A program made the translations under genes and the position numbers. Below, in pieces: positions 18,900 through 27,362 of a DNA stretch of 64,000 nucleotides. Location of the stretch: positions 7,596-71,595 of the forward strand of contig DATKGV010000012.1 in NCBI GenBank assembly GCA_035510575.1, in the 5' to 3' direction. The notes beneath the pieces were generated by a model. That model was given only the letters and a program-made list of their open reading frames with translations, had not been told where the DNA came from and did no database searches. How positions within the stretch are numbered: position 1 is the stretch's first letter; the number at the start of each line of letters is the position of its first letter. This stretch comes from Minisyncoccota bacterium (GTDB lineage: Bacteria > Patescibacteriota > Minisyncoccia > Phycocordibacterales > UBA9973).

Positions 18900-18954
18900 T
18901 TTCAAAGAACTAATTTACTGTTGGCAGTTTATCACATAATATCACATTTGTCAA
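18900..18954 (-). promoter_or_regulatory. Sigma70 promoter followed by boxA-like site
   Basis: TTGACA-17 nt-TAAACT with extended TG, then AGTTCTTTGAAA. Confidence 0.65.
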
Positions 18955-18961
18955 GCATAGC

Positions 18962-18992
18962 AGGCCTGCGGAAGCAAGGCTTCCGCAGGCCT
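18962..18992. repeat. GC-rich palindrome
   Basis: aggcctgcggaagc-aag-gcttccgcaggcct, 14-bp perfect arms. Confidence 0.85.
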
Positions 18993-19082
18993 TTAATTAT
19001 CAATAGTTTTGCACATCTTAATCACAGATTTATTCGAAAAGGCAAGATTGCATAGCTTATGCTTAATGCTACAATAATCTTT

Positions 19083-20477
19083 ATGGCAGATACAAAACAA
19101 AAAACAAATCTTCGCGTTCCTCCGCAAAGCGTGGATTCGGAAAAAGCCGTTCTCGGCTCTATTATGCTTCGGCCTGGAGCCATACATGAAATTAATGGCA
19201 TCATAAACGCTGATTCTTTTTATGCTTCAAAGCATTCTCAAATTTATAAGACGATGCTTGAACTTTCAAATAAGGGCGAGCCGATAGACATACTATCTGT
19301 CTCACATAAATTAACCGAGAAAGGGCTTATTGATTCCGTGGGCGGCAGCAGTTACTTGAGCGAACTTGTTAATGCCGTTCCAGCTTCAACGAATATCAAG
19401 CATTATGCCGAAATTGTGTCAAAGAAAAATATTTTAAGAAAAATAATTGAAGCCGGAGCCGATATATCTGAGATGGGTTTTCGTGAAGAAGTGGAGAATG
19501 TCTTTGATGTGCTGGATCAAGCGGAAAAGCGCATGATGGGCATCAATGACAATGTCGGCTCCCATTCGTTTAAGTCCCTTAAAGAAAGCTTGCCTGAAGC
19601 CTGGGAACGATTGGAACGGCTTCATGAAAATAAAGGCGAACTGCGAGGCGTATCGACAGGATTTCATGATTTGGACCAATATCTGTCCGGCCTTCAGAAA
19701 TCGGATCTTATCATCTTGGCGGCGCGCCCATCAATGGGCAAGACCACGCTTGCTTTAGATATTGCCCGCCAAGCTGCGCTAAAGAACGGCATTACGACTG
19801 TTATCTTTTCTCTTGAAATGAGCACTCAGCAGCTTGTTGATAGAATGCTGGCTGCAGAATCAAGAGTCAATGCCTGGAATTTAAGAACAGGCAATTTATC
19901 GGCTGAAAGCGAATTTTCAAAAATTCGCGATTCTCTTGATCGCTTGTCCAAGGCGCCTATTTTTGTCGATGATATGGCCGGCAATTCCATAGTCCGCATG
20001 CGATCAATCTGCCGCCGCATCCGCGCCGAACACGGCATAGGCATGATTATCGTGGATTATCTCCAGTTGATGTCGACTTCCAAAGATTATGACAGCATGG
20101 TCAATCAAGTAACTGAAATTTCCCGTTCCCTCAAGGCGCTTGCTAAAGAATTCGAAGTGCCGGTTCTGGCATTGTCCCAGCTTTCCCGAGCTGTTGAATC
20201 GCGCGGCGGCAGGCCTCGACTATCCGATCTTCGCGACTCGGGTTCCATCGAGCAGGATGCCGATGTCGTGATGTTCATCCATCGGGAAGATAAGGGCAAA
20301 GATGAGTCGGAAAGGACCAATATAGCGGAAATATTGATTGAAAAGCATCGCAATGGGCCTGTTGGCAAGATAAATCTGTACTTCGATGAAAAGACCACGA
20401 CTTTCATGAACGTAGAGAAGACAAATTTAAATCAGTTTATCTCGACTCAATCCGGCGATGAATTGGATGAACTTTAA
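19083..20477 (+). CDS. dnaB: Replicative DNA helicase
   Basis: AARPSMGKT, VDYLQLM, LSDLRDSGSIEQDAD, KHRNGP. Confidence 0.98.
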   Translation: MADTKQKTNLRVPPQSVDSEKAVLGSIMLRPGAIHEINGIINADSFYASKHSQIYKTMLELSNKGEPIDILSVSHKLTEKGLIDSVGGSSYLSELVNAVPASTNIKHYAEIVSKKNILRKIIEAGADISEMGFREEVENVFDVLDQAEKRMMGINDNVGSHSFKSLKESLPEAWERLERLHENKGELRGVSTGFHDLDQYLSGLQKSDLIILAARPSMGKTTLALDIARQAALKNGITTVIFSLEMSTQQLVDRMLAAESRVNAWNLRTGNLSAESEFSKIRDSLDRLSKAPIFVDDMAGNSIVRMRSICRRIRAEHGIGMIIVDYLQLMSTSKDYDSMVNQVTEISRSLKALAKEFEVPVLALSQLSRAVESRGGRPRLSDLRDSGSIEQDADVVMFIHREDKGKDESERTNIAEILIEKHRNGPVGKINLYFDEKTTTFMNVEKTNLNQFISTQSGDELDEL

Positions 20478-20489
20478 AAGATAATAAAA

Positions 20490-20516
20490 AAGCTGAGAAT
20501 TAAATATTCTCAGCTT
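20490..20516. terminator. Bidirectional terminator between convergent genes
   Basis: aagctgagaat-taaat-attctcagctt. Confidence 0.65.
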
Positions 20517-20526
20517 CTTATGTTTT

Positions 20527-20967
20527 TTAAGATAATAATACAGATGATATAGCAGATTGAATAATTTCGATGATTTTCATAAAAGGAGGTAACGCTCCGT
20601 GTGTAACCGTTCTAACTTCATATTCTATTTTTAATTGAGGAATGTCAGTTTTTATTCCCTCATTAAAAATTTCTAATGTTAAAAAAGGTTTTGGATCGAA
20701 TACATTTATCTCACTAGTATCTTCAGTTCCCATTGGAGTGCGGGTCCAAACACAAAGAACCTGTTTATCATCACTGGATTTTATCCTTAAGCCAACAGAG
20801 CACTCATAAGCTTTTGATCCACTCGGAATAATTAATTCCACGACGGAGTATTTAGACATCCCAGTTATAACTTTTTTGGGTTCTTTTTCTTCTCCGAAAT
20901 TCTTTTTGAGAAAATTAAATATTTTCTCTACAGAATCAATCTGTAATACACTTCCTGTTTTTCCCAT
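20527..20967 (-). CDS. Orphan hypothetical protein
   Basis: 146-aa AT-rich ORF; no recognised motif. Confidence 0.6.
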   Translation of the reverse strand: MGKTGSVLQIDSVEKIFNFLKKNFGEEKEPKKVITGMSKYSVVELIIPSGSKAYECSVGLRIKSSDDKQVLCVWTRTPMGTEDTSEINVFDPKPFLTLEIFNEGIKTDIPQLKIEYEVRTVTHGALPPFMKIIEIIQSAISSVLLS

Positions 20968-21099
20968 ATCTATTAAATTTTAGAATTATATATTTTCTTT
21001 GATATTACTATATATTTATTATGTTGTCAATAATAACAATAATATTCTACTATATTTAATACAAGATAATTTTTTACAAAAATATGCTAAAATCATTTT

Positions 21100-21750
21100 A
21101 TGAATCCAATAGAAAAACTTGCAGAGCAATTTAAAGAATTTCCGGGCATTGGCGAACGGCAGGCCAAGCGCTTCGTTTATTTCTTGCTTCATAAGAATCC
21201 GGATTATGTAAATGAACTTGGCGAGGCAGTTTTGTCGATTAAGAATTTAATACACCAATGCCCGTCATGCTTCTTATTTTTCCAAGGAGATAAGGGCAAG
21301 TTATGCGAGGTTTGTGCAAATAGTAATACTGACAGAACTTCCCTTCTGATTGTTGAAAAAGATGCCGATTATGAAAGTATAAAGAAAAGCAAGAATTATA
21401 ATGGCATGTATTTTATACTTGGTGGACTGGTGCCCATTGTCACGAAAGAAACGCCTAATTTTGTGCGCATTAAAGAGCTTTTAAAAACTGTTGAAGAAAG
21501 ATCAAAAAAACCTGCCCGCCCTCACGAAAGTTCGGGAGCAGGCGGGGGCGAACTTAAAGAAATTATTGTAGCCTTATCATTAAACCCGCAAGGCGAGCAT
21601 ACGGACATGTATCTTAGGGAGATATTGAATCCGCTTAAAGAAACATATAAATTTAATATCGTATCTTTGGGGCGAGGTCTTTCTACTGGCACTGAACTGG
21701 AATATTCAGACAGCGAGACGATAAAAAATGCTCTTTTAAATAGAGCATAA
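21100..21750 (+). CDS. recR: Recombination mediator RecR, with 12-aa insertion
   Basis: FPGIGERQAKR, CPSC...CEVC, Toprim domain, GTELEYSD. Confidence 0.95.
   Translation: MNPIEKLAEQFKEFPGIGERQAKRFVYFLLHKNPDYVNELGEAVLSIKNLIHQCPSCFLFFQGDKGKLCEVCANSNTDRTSLLIVEKDADYESIKKSKNYNGMYFILGGLVPIVTKETPNFVRIKELLKTVEERSKKPARPHESSGAGGGELKEIIVALSLNPQGEHTDMYLREILNPLKETYKFNIVSLGRGLSTGTELEYSDSETIKNALLNRA
21511..21546 (+). repeat. 36-bp palindromic element in frame in recR
   Basis: cctgcccgccctcacgaaagttcgggagcaggcggg = PARPHESSGAGG. Confidence 0.9.
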
Positions 21751-21757
21751 TTTATTT

Positions 21758-22210
21758 CTAACCCAATTTTTTCTCTATATCTTTTAATTCATCGCTTATC
21801 TCTTTGAGTTCAACAACTTCTTTCTGTATTTCTTCTTCTGTTTTTTTGCTTACTTGATCTTCCTTATCAATGAAATTTTTAATTTGTGATATATCTATTT
21901 CTTCGCTTCTTATTTCCTCTTCCGTTTTTTCATCTACTCTCTTTTCTTGTTTTATACCGGAAATTATAATTCTATCGCCGACAAAAAACGAGACAAAAAG
22001 TCCTATAAACATTGAAAGCAATATTCCTAATATTACCGAAAGCCACCCGGGTATATTGAGATTATCCGCTATTATCCAAATGCCGCGCCAGATCAATATG
22101 ATGCCTATGCTGCCGAGGAATGCGTAAAGAATAGGCAAACGGCTCAATCTATTCCGCACTTGCCTCTCCAAATGAGAGAAATATTTTATTATTGTTTTAA
22201 TAATATCCAT
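21758..22210 (-). CDS. Two-TM membrane protein with coiled-coil tail
   Basis: ILIWRGIW TM pair, duplicated KTEEEI; start 6 nt after TGCTATAAT. Confidence 0.75.
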   Translation of the reverse strand: MDIIKTIIKYFSHLERQVRNRLSRLPILYAFLGSIGIILIWRGIWIIADNLNIPGWLSVILGILLSMFIGLFVSFFVGDRIIISGIKQEKRVDEKTEEEIRSEEIDISQIKNFIDKEDQVSKKTEEEIQKEVVELKEISDELKDIEKKLG

Positions 22211-22265
22211 ACGGCGATTATAGCATATCAAAATAAAAACGCTCCAGATTTATATTGGAGCGATT

Positions 22266-22607
22266 TTATTTAATGGCTGAAATTTTGATTTCGGTGAATG
22301 GCTGGCGATGGCCGTTGCGCTTGAGGTATCGGCTTTTCTGCTTATATTTGACAACCTTGACTGTCTTGCCGCGGCCTTGCTTTTGAAACAATGATTCTAC
22401 TTTAGCATTTGATATGTAAGGCGATCCGATAGTGGTATCGACGCCGTTATCCACAAGCAGAATTTTATCAAAAACAATCTTGTCTCCAACATTAAAATTA
22501 CCGTCAAGCTTCTCGATTTTAAGAATATCGCCGACTGCGACTTTATACTGCTTTCCGCCTGTGCAGATGACAGCGAATTCTTTGTTGTTTTTTATTATTT
22601 TTGCCAT
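22266..22607 (-). CDS. rplU: 50S ribosomal protein L21
   Basis: TGGKQYKV, GHRQPFT. Confidence 0.96.
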   Translation of the reverse strand: MAKIIKNNKEFAVICTGGKQYKVAVGDILKIEKLDGNFNVGDKIVFDKILLVDNGVDTTIGSPYISNAKVESLFQKQGRGKTVKVVKYKQKSRYLKRNGHRQPFTEIKISAIK

Positions 22608-22715
22608 ATATATTATTCAAAAAGTGCAGAAAACCGCCAAATAGCCAAGTTTTCCACAGACCTCATCATACACAAAAGTTTTGAAAAACGCAAGCAGAGC
22701 TGTATACTAGAGCTT

Positions 22716-23627
22716 ATGATATCGAAATATAATTATAAGGGCTTGATATGGGTTGATCTTGAATCGCCCACTGAAGAAGAAATAAATCACATAATGGAGC
22801 ATTATTCCATACCGGGCGCGGTGGGAAGAGAAATACTCAATGAGAGCATACAATCCAAAGTGGATTTGTATCCTAATTTTATTTATCTTATATTGCATTT
22901 TCCGCAAATTTCCAGCAAAGAGAGCAGAAGCGTGGAAAAAGAAATTGATTTTATCGTCGGCAACGAATTTATAATTACCATACATTACGAATTCATTGAT
23001 TCGATTAACGAGTTTTCAAAGACCTTTGAGAATGACGCGATGTCAAATAAAGATTTGAGAATTGAACATGCGGGATTGCTTTTCTCCAATTTGATAAAAA
23101 CTTTATACATAAATTCCCGCCGCCAATTGCACAGCGTCAATCTGCTCTTGAAAGATACCGAGGATAAGATTTTCGAGGGCAAAGAGGGAGATATGGTTGC
23201 AACCATATCGAATATCAACCGCACTTTGCTTGATTTCAAGCAGGCCTTGAGATTCCATAAGGAAGTTCTAAACTCATTTGAAATTTCAGCCAAGAAATTC
23301 TTCGGAGAAGAATTCGGCTTTTATATCTCGTCAATAATCAACGAATACAATAAGACCCGCGCCATACTGGATAGCCATAAGGAAATACTTGATGATTTGC
23401 GCAATACCAATGATTCCCTATTGGCGAATAAAACCAAGGAAACGATGAAAATTCTGACTATTATCACTTTTCTTGTTTCTCCTATTACCGTCATTGCCAA
23501 TATTTTCATGATAAACAGCAATTTCTTGAAAACAGGAAACATAAATCATTATTACTTGGTATTATTATTAATGTTCACTACGAGCTTGCTCGCATATTTA
23601 TATATAAAGACAAAGAAATGGCTCTAG
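22716..23627 (+). CDS. CorA family divalent cation transporter
   Basis: WVDLESPT, MKILTIIT, two C-terminal TMs; canonical GMN motif is degenerate (FMIN). Confidence 0.85.
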   Translation: MISKYNYKGLIWVDLESPTEEEINHIMEHYSIPGAVGREILNESIQSKVDLYPNFIYLILHFPQISSKESRSVEKEIDFIVGNEFIITIHYEFIDSINEFSKTFENDAMSNKDLRIEHAGLLFSNLIKTLYINSRRQLHSVNLLLKDTEDKIFEGKEGDMVATISNINRTLLDFKQALRFHKEVLNSFEISAKKFFGEEFGFYISSIINEYNKTRAILDSHKEILDDLRNTNDSLLANKTKETMKILTIITFLVSPITVIANIFMINSNFLKTGNINHYYLVLLLMFTTSLLAYLYIKTKKWL

Positions 23628-25000
23628 AAATATACAATACTTTATCCAGGAAAAAAGAAATTTTTAAGCCAATTCATGGTAATAATGTTGGTTTTTATAC
23701 TTGTGGACCAACTGTTTATAATTATGCCCATATTGGAAATTTAAGAACTTATATCTTTGAGGATATATTTAAACGCGTTTTAATTTTTAATGGTTATAAA
23801 GTTAAACATGTGATGAATATTACTGATGTAGGTCATTTAACTGGTGATCGTGATATGGGTGAAGATAAAATAGAAAAAGAAGCAAAAAAAGAAAATAAAA
23901 CTGTTTGGGAAATAGCTAGTTTTTACACAAAAACTTTTAAAGAAGATTTAAAAAACATAAATATTATTTTTCCTGATATTGTTTGTAAGGCTACTGATAA
24001 TATAAAAGAACAAATAAAAATGATAAAGGTTTTAGAAAAAAAAGGTTTCGCTTATAAAATAACTGATGGAATATATTTTGATACTTCGAAAGTTAGTGAT
24101 TATACAAAACTTTCTCATCAAAACCTTGAAGCTCTAAAAGAAGGAGCTAGAGTTGAAATAAATAAAGAAAAGAAAAATCCTACTGATTTTACTCTTTGGA
24201 AATTCTCACCAAAAGATGTAAAAAGACAAATGGAATGGAATAGCCCTTGGGGAGTAGGTTTTCCAGGTTGGCATATTGAGTGTTCTGCCATAAGTGTTAA
24301 GTATCTTGGAGAACAATTTGATATACATTGTGGAGGTGTTGATTTCATTAATTTACACCACACAAATGAATTAGCACAAACTGAAGCTGTTACAGGGAAA
24401 ATACCATGGGTTAAATATTGGGTACATGGAGAATTTTTAAATATAAAAAATGGTGAAAAAATGGCTAAAAGCACAGGAAATTTTCTGACTTTAAAAAGTG
24501 AATTTATTAATAAAAATATTAATCCTTTAATTTATCGTTTTGCTACTTTTAGTGTTCATTATAGAAAACAAATGGAATGGAATGATGATGTGTTAGAATC
24601 AGCAAAGAATGGCTTTAATAATCTATCTTCAAAAATTGAAAGTTTAGGAAAAAAGAAAGGTAGTATAAATAATGAGTGGAAAGAAAATTTTATACTTGCA
24701 ATAAATGATGACTTAAATATGCCCCAAGCAATGGCAGTATTAAATGAAATGTTGAAGTCAGAAATTTCAAATGAAGATAAACTTGCAACAATTTTAGATT
24801 TTGATAAAGTATTGGGCCTTGAATTAAAAAAGATTAAACCAATAAAAATTCCTAATAATATTAAAGATTTACTCAATCAAAGAGATGAAGCAAAGAAAAA
24901 TAAGAACTGGCAAGAGAGTGATAAATTAAGAAAACAAATAGAAGAACTCGGTTATGAGATAAATGATACTAAAGATGGACAGCAAATTAGGAAAATATAA
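23618..25000 (+). CDS. cysS: Cysteine--tRNA ligase
   Basis: CGPTVY..AHIGN, GFPGWHIECS, KMAKS. Confidence 0.97.
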   Translation: MALEIYNTLSRKKEIFKPIHGNNVGFYTCGPTVYNYAHIGNLRTYIFEDIFKRVLIFNGYKVKHVMNITDVGHLTGDRDMGEDKIEKEAKKENKTVWEIASFYTKTFKEDLKNINIIFPDIVCKATDNIKEQIKMIKVLEKKGFAYKITDGIYFDTSKVSDYTKLSHQNLEALKEGARVEINKEKKNPTDFTLWKFSPKDVKRQMEWNSPWGVGFPGWHIECSAISVKYLGEQFDIHCGGVDFINLHHTNELAQTEAVTGKIPWVKYWVHGEFLNIKNGEKMAKSTGNFLTLKSEFINKNINPLIYRFATFSVHYRKQMEWNDDVLESAKNGFNNLSSKIESLGKKKGSINNEWKENFILAINDDLNMPQAMAVLNEMLKSEISNEDKLATILDFDKVLGLELKKIKPIKIPNNIKDLLNQRDEAKKNKNWQESDKLRKQIEELGYEINDTKDGQQIRKI

Positions 25001-25001
25001 T

Positions 25002-26066
25002 CTATTTTTGACTTTTAATTGCAAGTAAGCAAAGTTTATAGAGAATTCTTGCGCCAACATTGCCGTCCCATTCGCCTTCTTTACCCGGAGCAACTTCACA
25101 CAAATCAAAACCGATTATTTTCTTTTTTGAAGCTATAAGCTTTTCAAATAAGAACGTCATTTCTTCTATCGAAAATCCTCCGGGCATTGGCGTGCCGGTA
25201 TTTGGGCATAAATATGGCAGAAGTCCATCTATGTCAAAAGATATATAGACATTATCTGGCAAAGTTTTAATAATTTTATCGCAAACTTTTGCCCAACTAC
25301 TGCCATTAAAAATTGATTTTTTTATTTCATAATCAGTGAATATAGTCACGCGATTTTTATTTGCCTCGGCAAATTTAATTTCAGCCTCGCAACAATCTCT
25401 TACGCCAATCTGCGTAAGTTGGCTGATATTCTTAATTTTAAGAGCATTAAAGAATATTGAGGCATGAGAGTATTTCAATCCCTCATAAGCATTTCTCAAA
25501 TCGCAATGCGCGTCTATATGCAAGATTCCGAAAGATTTATATTTTTCCGAAAGCGCTTCTAGGTATCCAAGCGGCACGCTGTGATCTCCGCCGACTACTC
25601 CCGCAATTTTGCCTTCATCAAGCAATTTGGCGGTATTTTCCTTAATTGATTCTTTCAATAACAGACACTCTTTGTTTATATACTTTTGCAGATCTTTATT
25701 TACACGGCCGTCAGAATATTCGCCTAAATACTTTTCTGCCTTCTCTCTGACTTGTTTGTTTTTATAAAATATATCTGCTGGTATTTCCTGCATGGCAATT
25801 CCCATTCTCCATCCATCGGGCAAGATTGGATCATATAGATCAATTTGTTGGGAAGCGTTCAGTATTGCTTCCGGACCTTTAGATGCGCCTGTTTTATAAG
25901 AAACAGTTGCTTCCCAAGGAATTGGCACAAGTACTGCTTCCGATTCAGCCGGCAAGAATGGCAAGCCGAAAATACCGTGATCACGCAGGCCGTTTTCATT
26001 CGGATTAAATTTGGCAATTTTTTCTTTACGCGCCTTTTCTCTATTTTTTGAATTATTTTTTGTCAT
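25002..26066 (-). CDS. speB: Agmatinase (ureohydrolase family)
   Basis: GGDHS, HIDAHCD, SFDIDGL, GTPMPGG. Confidence 0.9.
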   Translation of the reverse strand: MTKNNSKNREKARKEKIAKFNPNENGLRDHGIFGLPFLPAESEAVLVPIPWEATVSYKTGASKGPEAILNASQQIDLYDPILPDGWRMGIAMQEIPADIFYKNKQVREKAEKYLGEYSDGRVNKDLQKYINKECLLLKESIKENTAKLLDEGKIAGVVGGDHSVPLGYLEALSEKYKSFGILHIDAHCDLRNAYEGLKYSHASIFFNALKIKNISQLTQIGVRDCCEAEIKFAEANKNRVTIFTDYEIKKSIFNGSSWAKVCDKIIKTLPDNVYISFDIDGLLPYLCPNTGTPMPGGFSIEEMTFLFEKLIASKKKIIGFDLCEVAPGKEGEWDGNVGARILYKLCLLAIKSQK

Positions 26067-26067
26067 T

Positions 26068-27300
26068 TTAAGACAATCTCTCTTTGAAATCCTTATAGCC
26101 GAATTTCTTTATAATTTTAATCTTACCCCCGCCTGCTCCCGAACTATCGTGAGGGCGGGCAGGTTTTTTTATTATAGCAATTGAAGGAAGATTTATGCCA
26201 TTAAAAGTATTGTTCTTAACCATCGTATAAATGGCCATGTTTAAGAAAATTATTTTTTGCCCGATAGTTGAAGGTTGTGGAAAAGAGTAATCTCCTATAA
26301 CATCTCCAGTCAAACAGCTCGGGCCGACTAAGCGATAAATGTTCACATTTCCTTCTGTAGCTGATTTAGCGCCAAGAATAGTTGGTAAATAAGGCATTTC
26401 CAAGACGTCAGGCATATGAGTAGTGGCCGAGACGTCTATTACAGCGATATTCATATTATTTTTTGTTATATCAACTACGCTGCCTATTAAAATGCCAGCA
26501 TTAAGTGCTATGGCTTCACCCGGCTCTAAATAAACTTGCAAGTGCGGATATTGGGCTTTAAAATCCATGATTATCTTATTAAGAAGCGCAATATCATAGT
26601 CCTTGCGCGTAATATGATGCCCGCCGCCGAAATTAACCCATTTCATCCGAGGCAAAAATTCGCCGAATTTTTCTTCAAATACTTTAAGCGTACGCTCTAG
26701 TGCATCAGCATTAAGCTCGCAAAGATTATGAAAATGAAGGCCGTCTATGCCATCCAAATTATTTGATTCAAAATTCGTTTTGGTCACGCCGAAATGGGAA
26801 TTAGGCCTGCTTGGGTCATACATAGGATTTTCCGTTTCGCTATGTTCCACATTTACCCTGATTCCGCAAGAAATTTTCTTTTTAGAATTTTTAATAACAT
26901 TCTTAAATTTATTCCATTGCGAAAATGAATTAAAAACCATATGATCAGCGTATCTGACATATTCTTTCATATTTTCTTTAGTATATGACGGAGAAAAGAC
27001 GTGGACTTCCCCGCCGAATTTTTTATATCCTAGACGCGCTTCATTTACTGAACTTGCTTCGCTTCCTGTAAGATATTTTTTGATCAATGGGAAAACGGAA
27101 AACATAGAAAAACTTTTCAGCGCCATTATGATTTTACAGCCGGTTTTTTCTTGAACGGAAGAAAGTATTTTAAGATTATGTTCCAATCTTTCCTCGCTCA
27201 CCACATAACAGGGCGTTTCAACATCAGAAAAATCCTGCGCATTCCAGCCCTCTTCATCTACCCAAGGTTCAATAAACATATTTTCTTTTTTATCAGGCAT
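26068..27300 (-). CDS. nspC: Carboxy(nor)spermidine decarboxylase, with 12-aa insertion; start uncertain
   Basis: ALKSFS, GLHFHNLCE, NFGGGHHITR, HMPDVLEMPY, YTMVKNNTFNGI.LP. Confidence 0.93.
   Translation of the reverse strand: MPDKKENMFIEPWVDEEGWNAQDFSDVETPCYVVSEERLEHNLKILSSVQEKTGCKIIMALKSFSMFSVFPLIKKYLTGSEASSVNEARLGYKKFGGEVHVFSPSYTKENMKEYVRYADHMVFNSFSQWNKFKNVIKNSKKKISCGIRVNVEHSETENPMYDPSRPNSHFGVTKTNFESNNLDGIDGLHFHNLCELNADALERTLKVFEEKFGEFLPRMKWVNFGGGHHITRKDYDIALLNKIIMDFKAQYPHLQVYLEPGEAIALNAGILIGSVVDITKNNMNIAVIDVSATTHMPDVLEMPYLPTILGAKSATEGNVNIYRLVGPSCLTGDVIGDYSFPQPSTIGQKIIFLNMAIYTMVKNNTFNGINLPSIAIIKKPARPHDSSGAGGGKIKIIKKFGYKDFKERLS
26128..26163 (-). repeat. 36-bp palindromic element in frame in nspC
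   Basis: 35/36 identical to the recR copy; encodes PARPHDSSGAGG. Confidence 0.9.
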
Positions 27301-27318
27301 TTTAATTTTAATTTTTGA

Positions 27319-27352
27319 TGCTACAAACTCTGCCATGGCAGAGTTTGTAGCA
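27319..27352. repeat. 34-bp perfect loopless palindrome
   Basis: tgctacaaactctgcca|tggcagagtttgtagca. Confidence 0.9.
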
Positions 27353-27362
27353 CTTCGTTATT

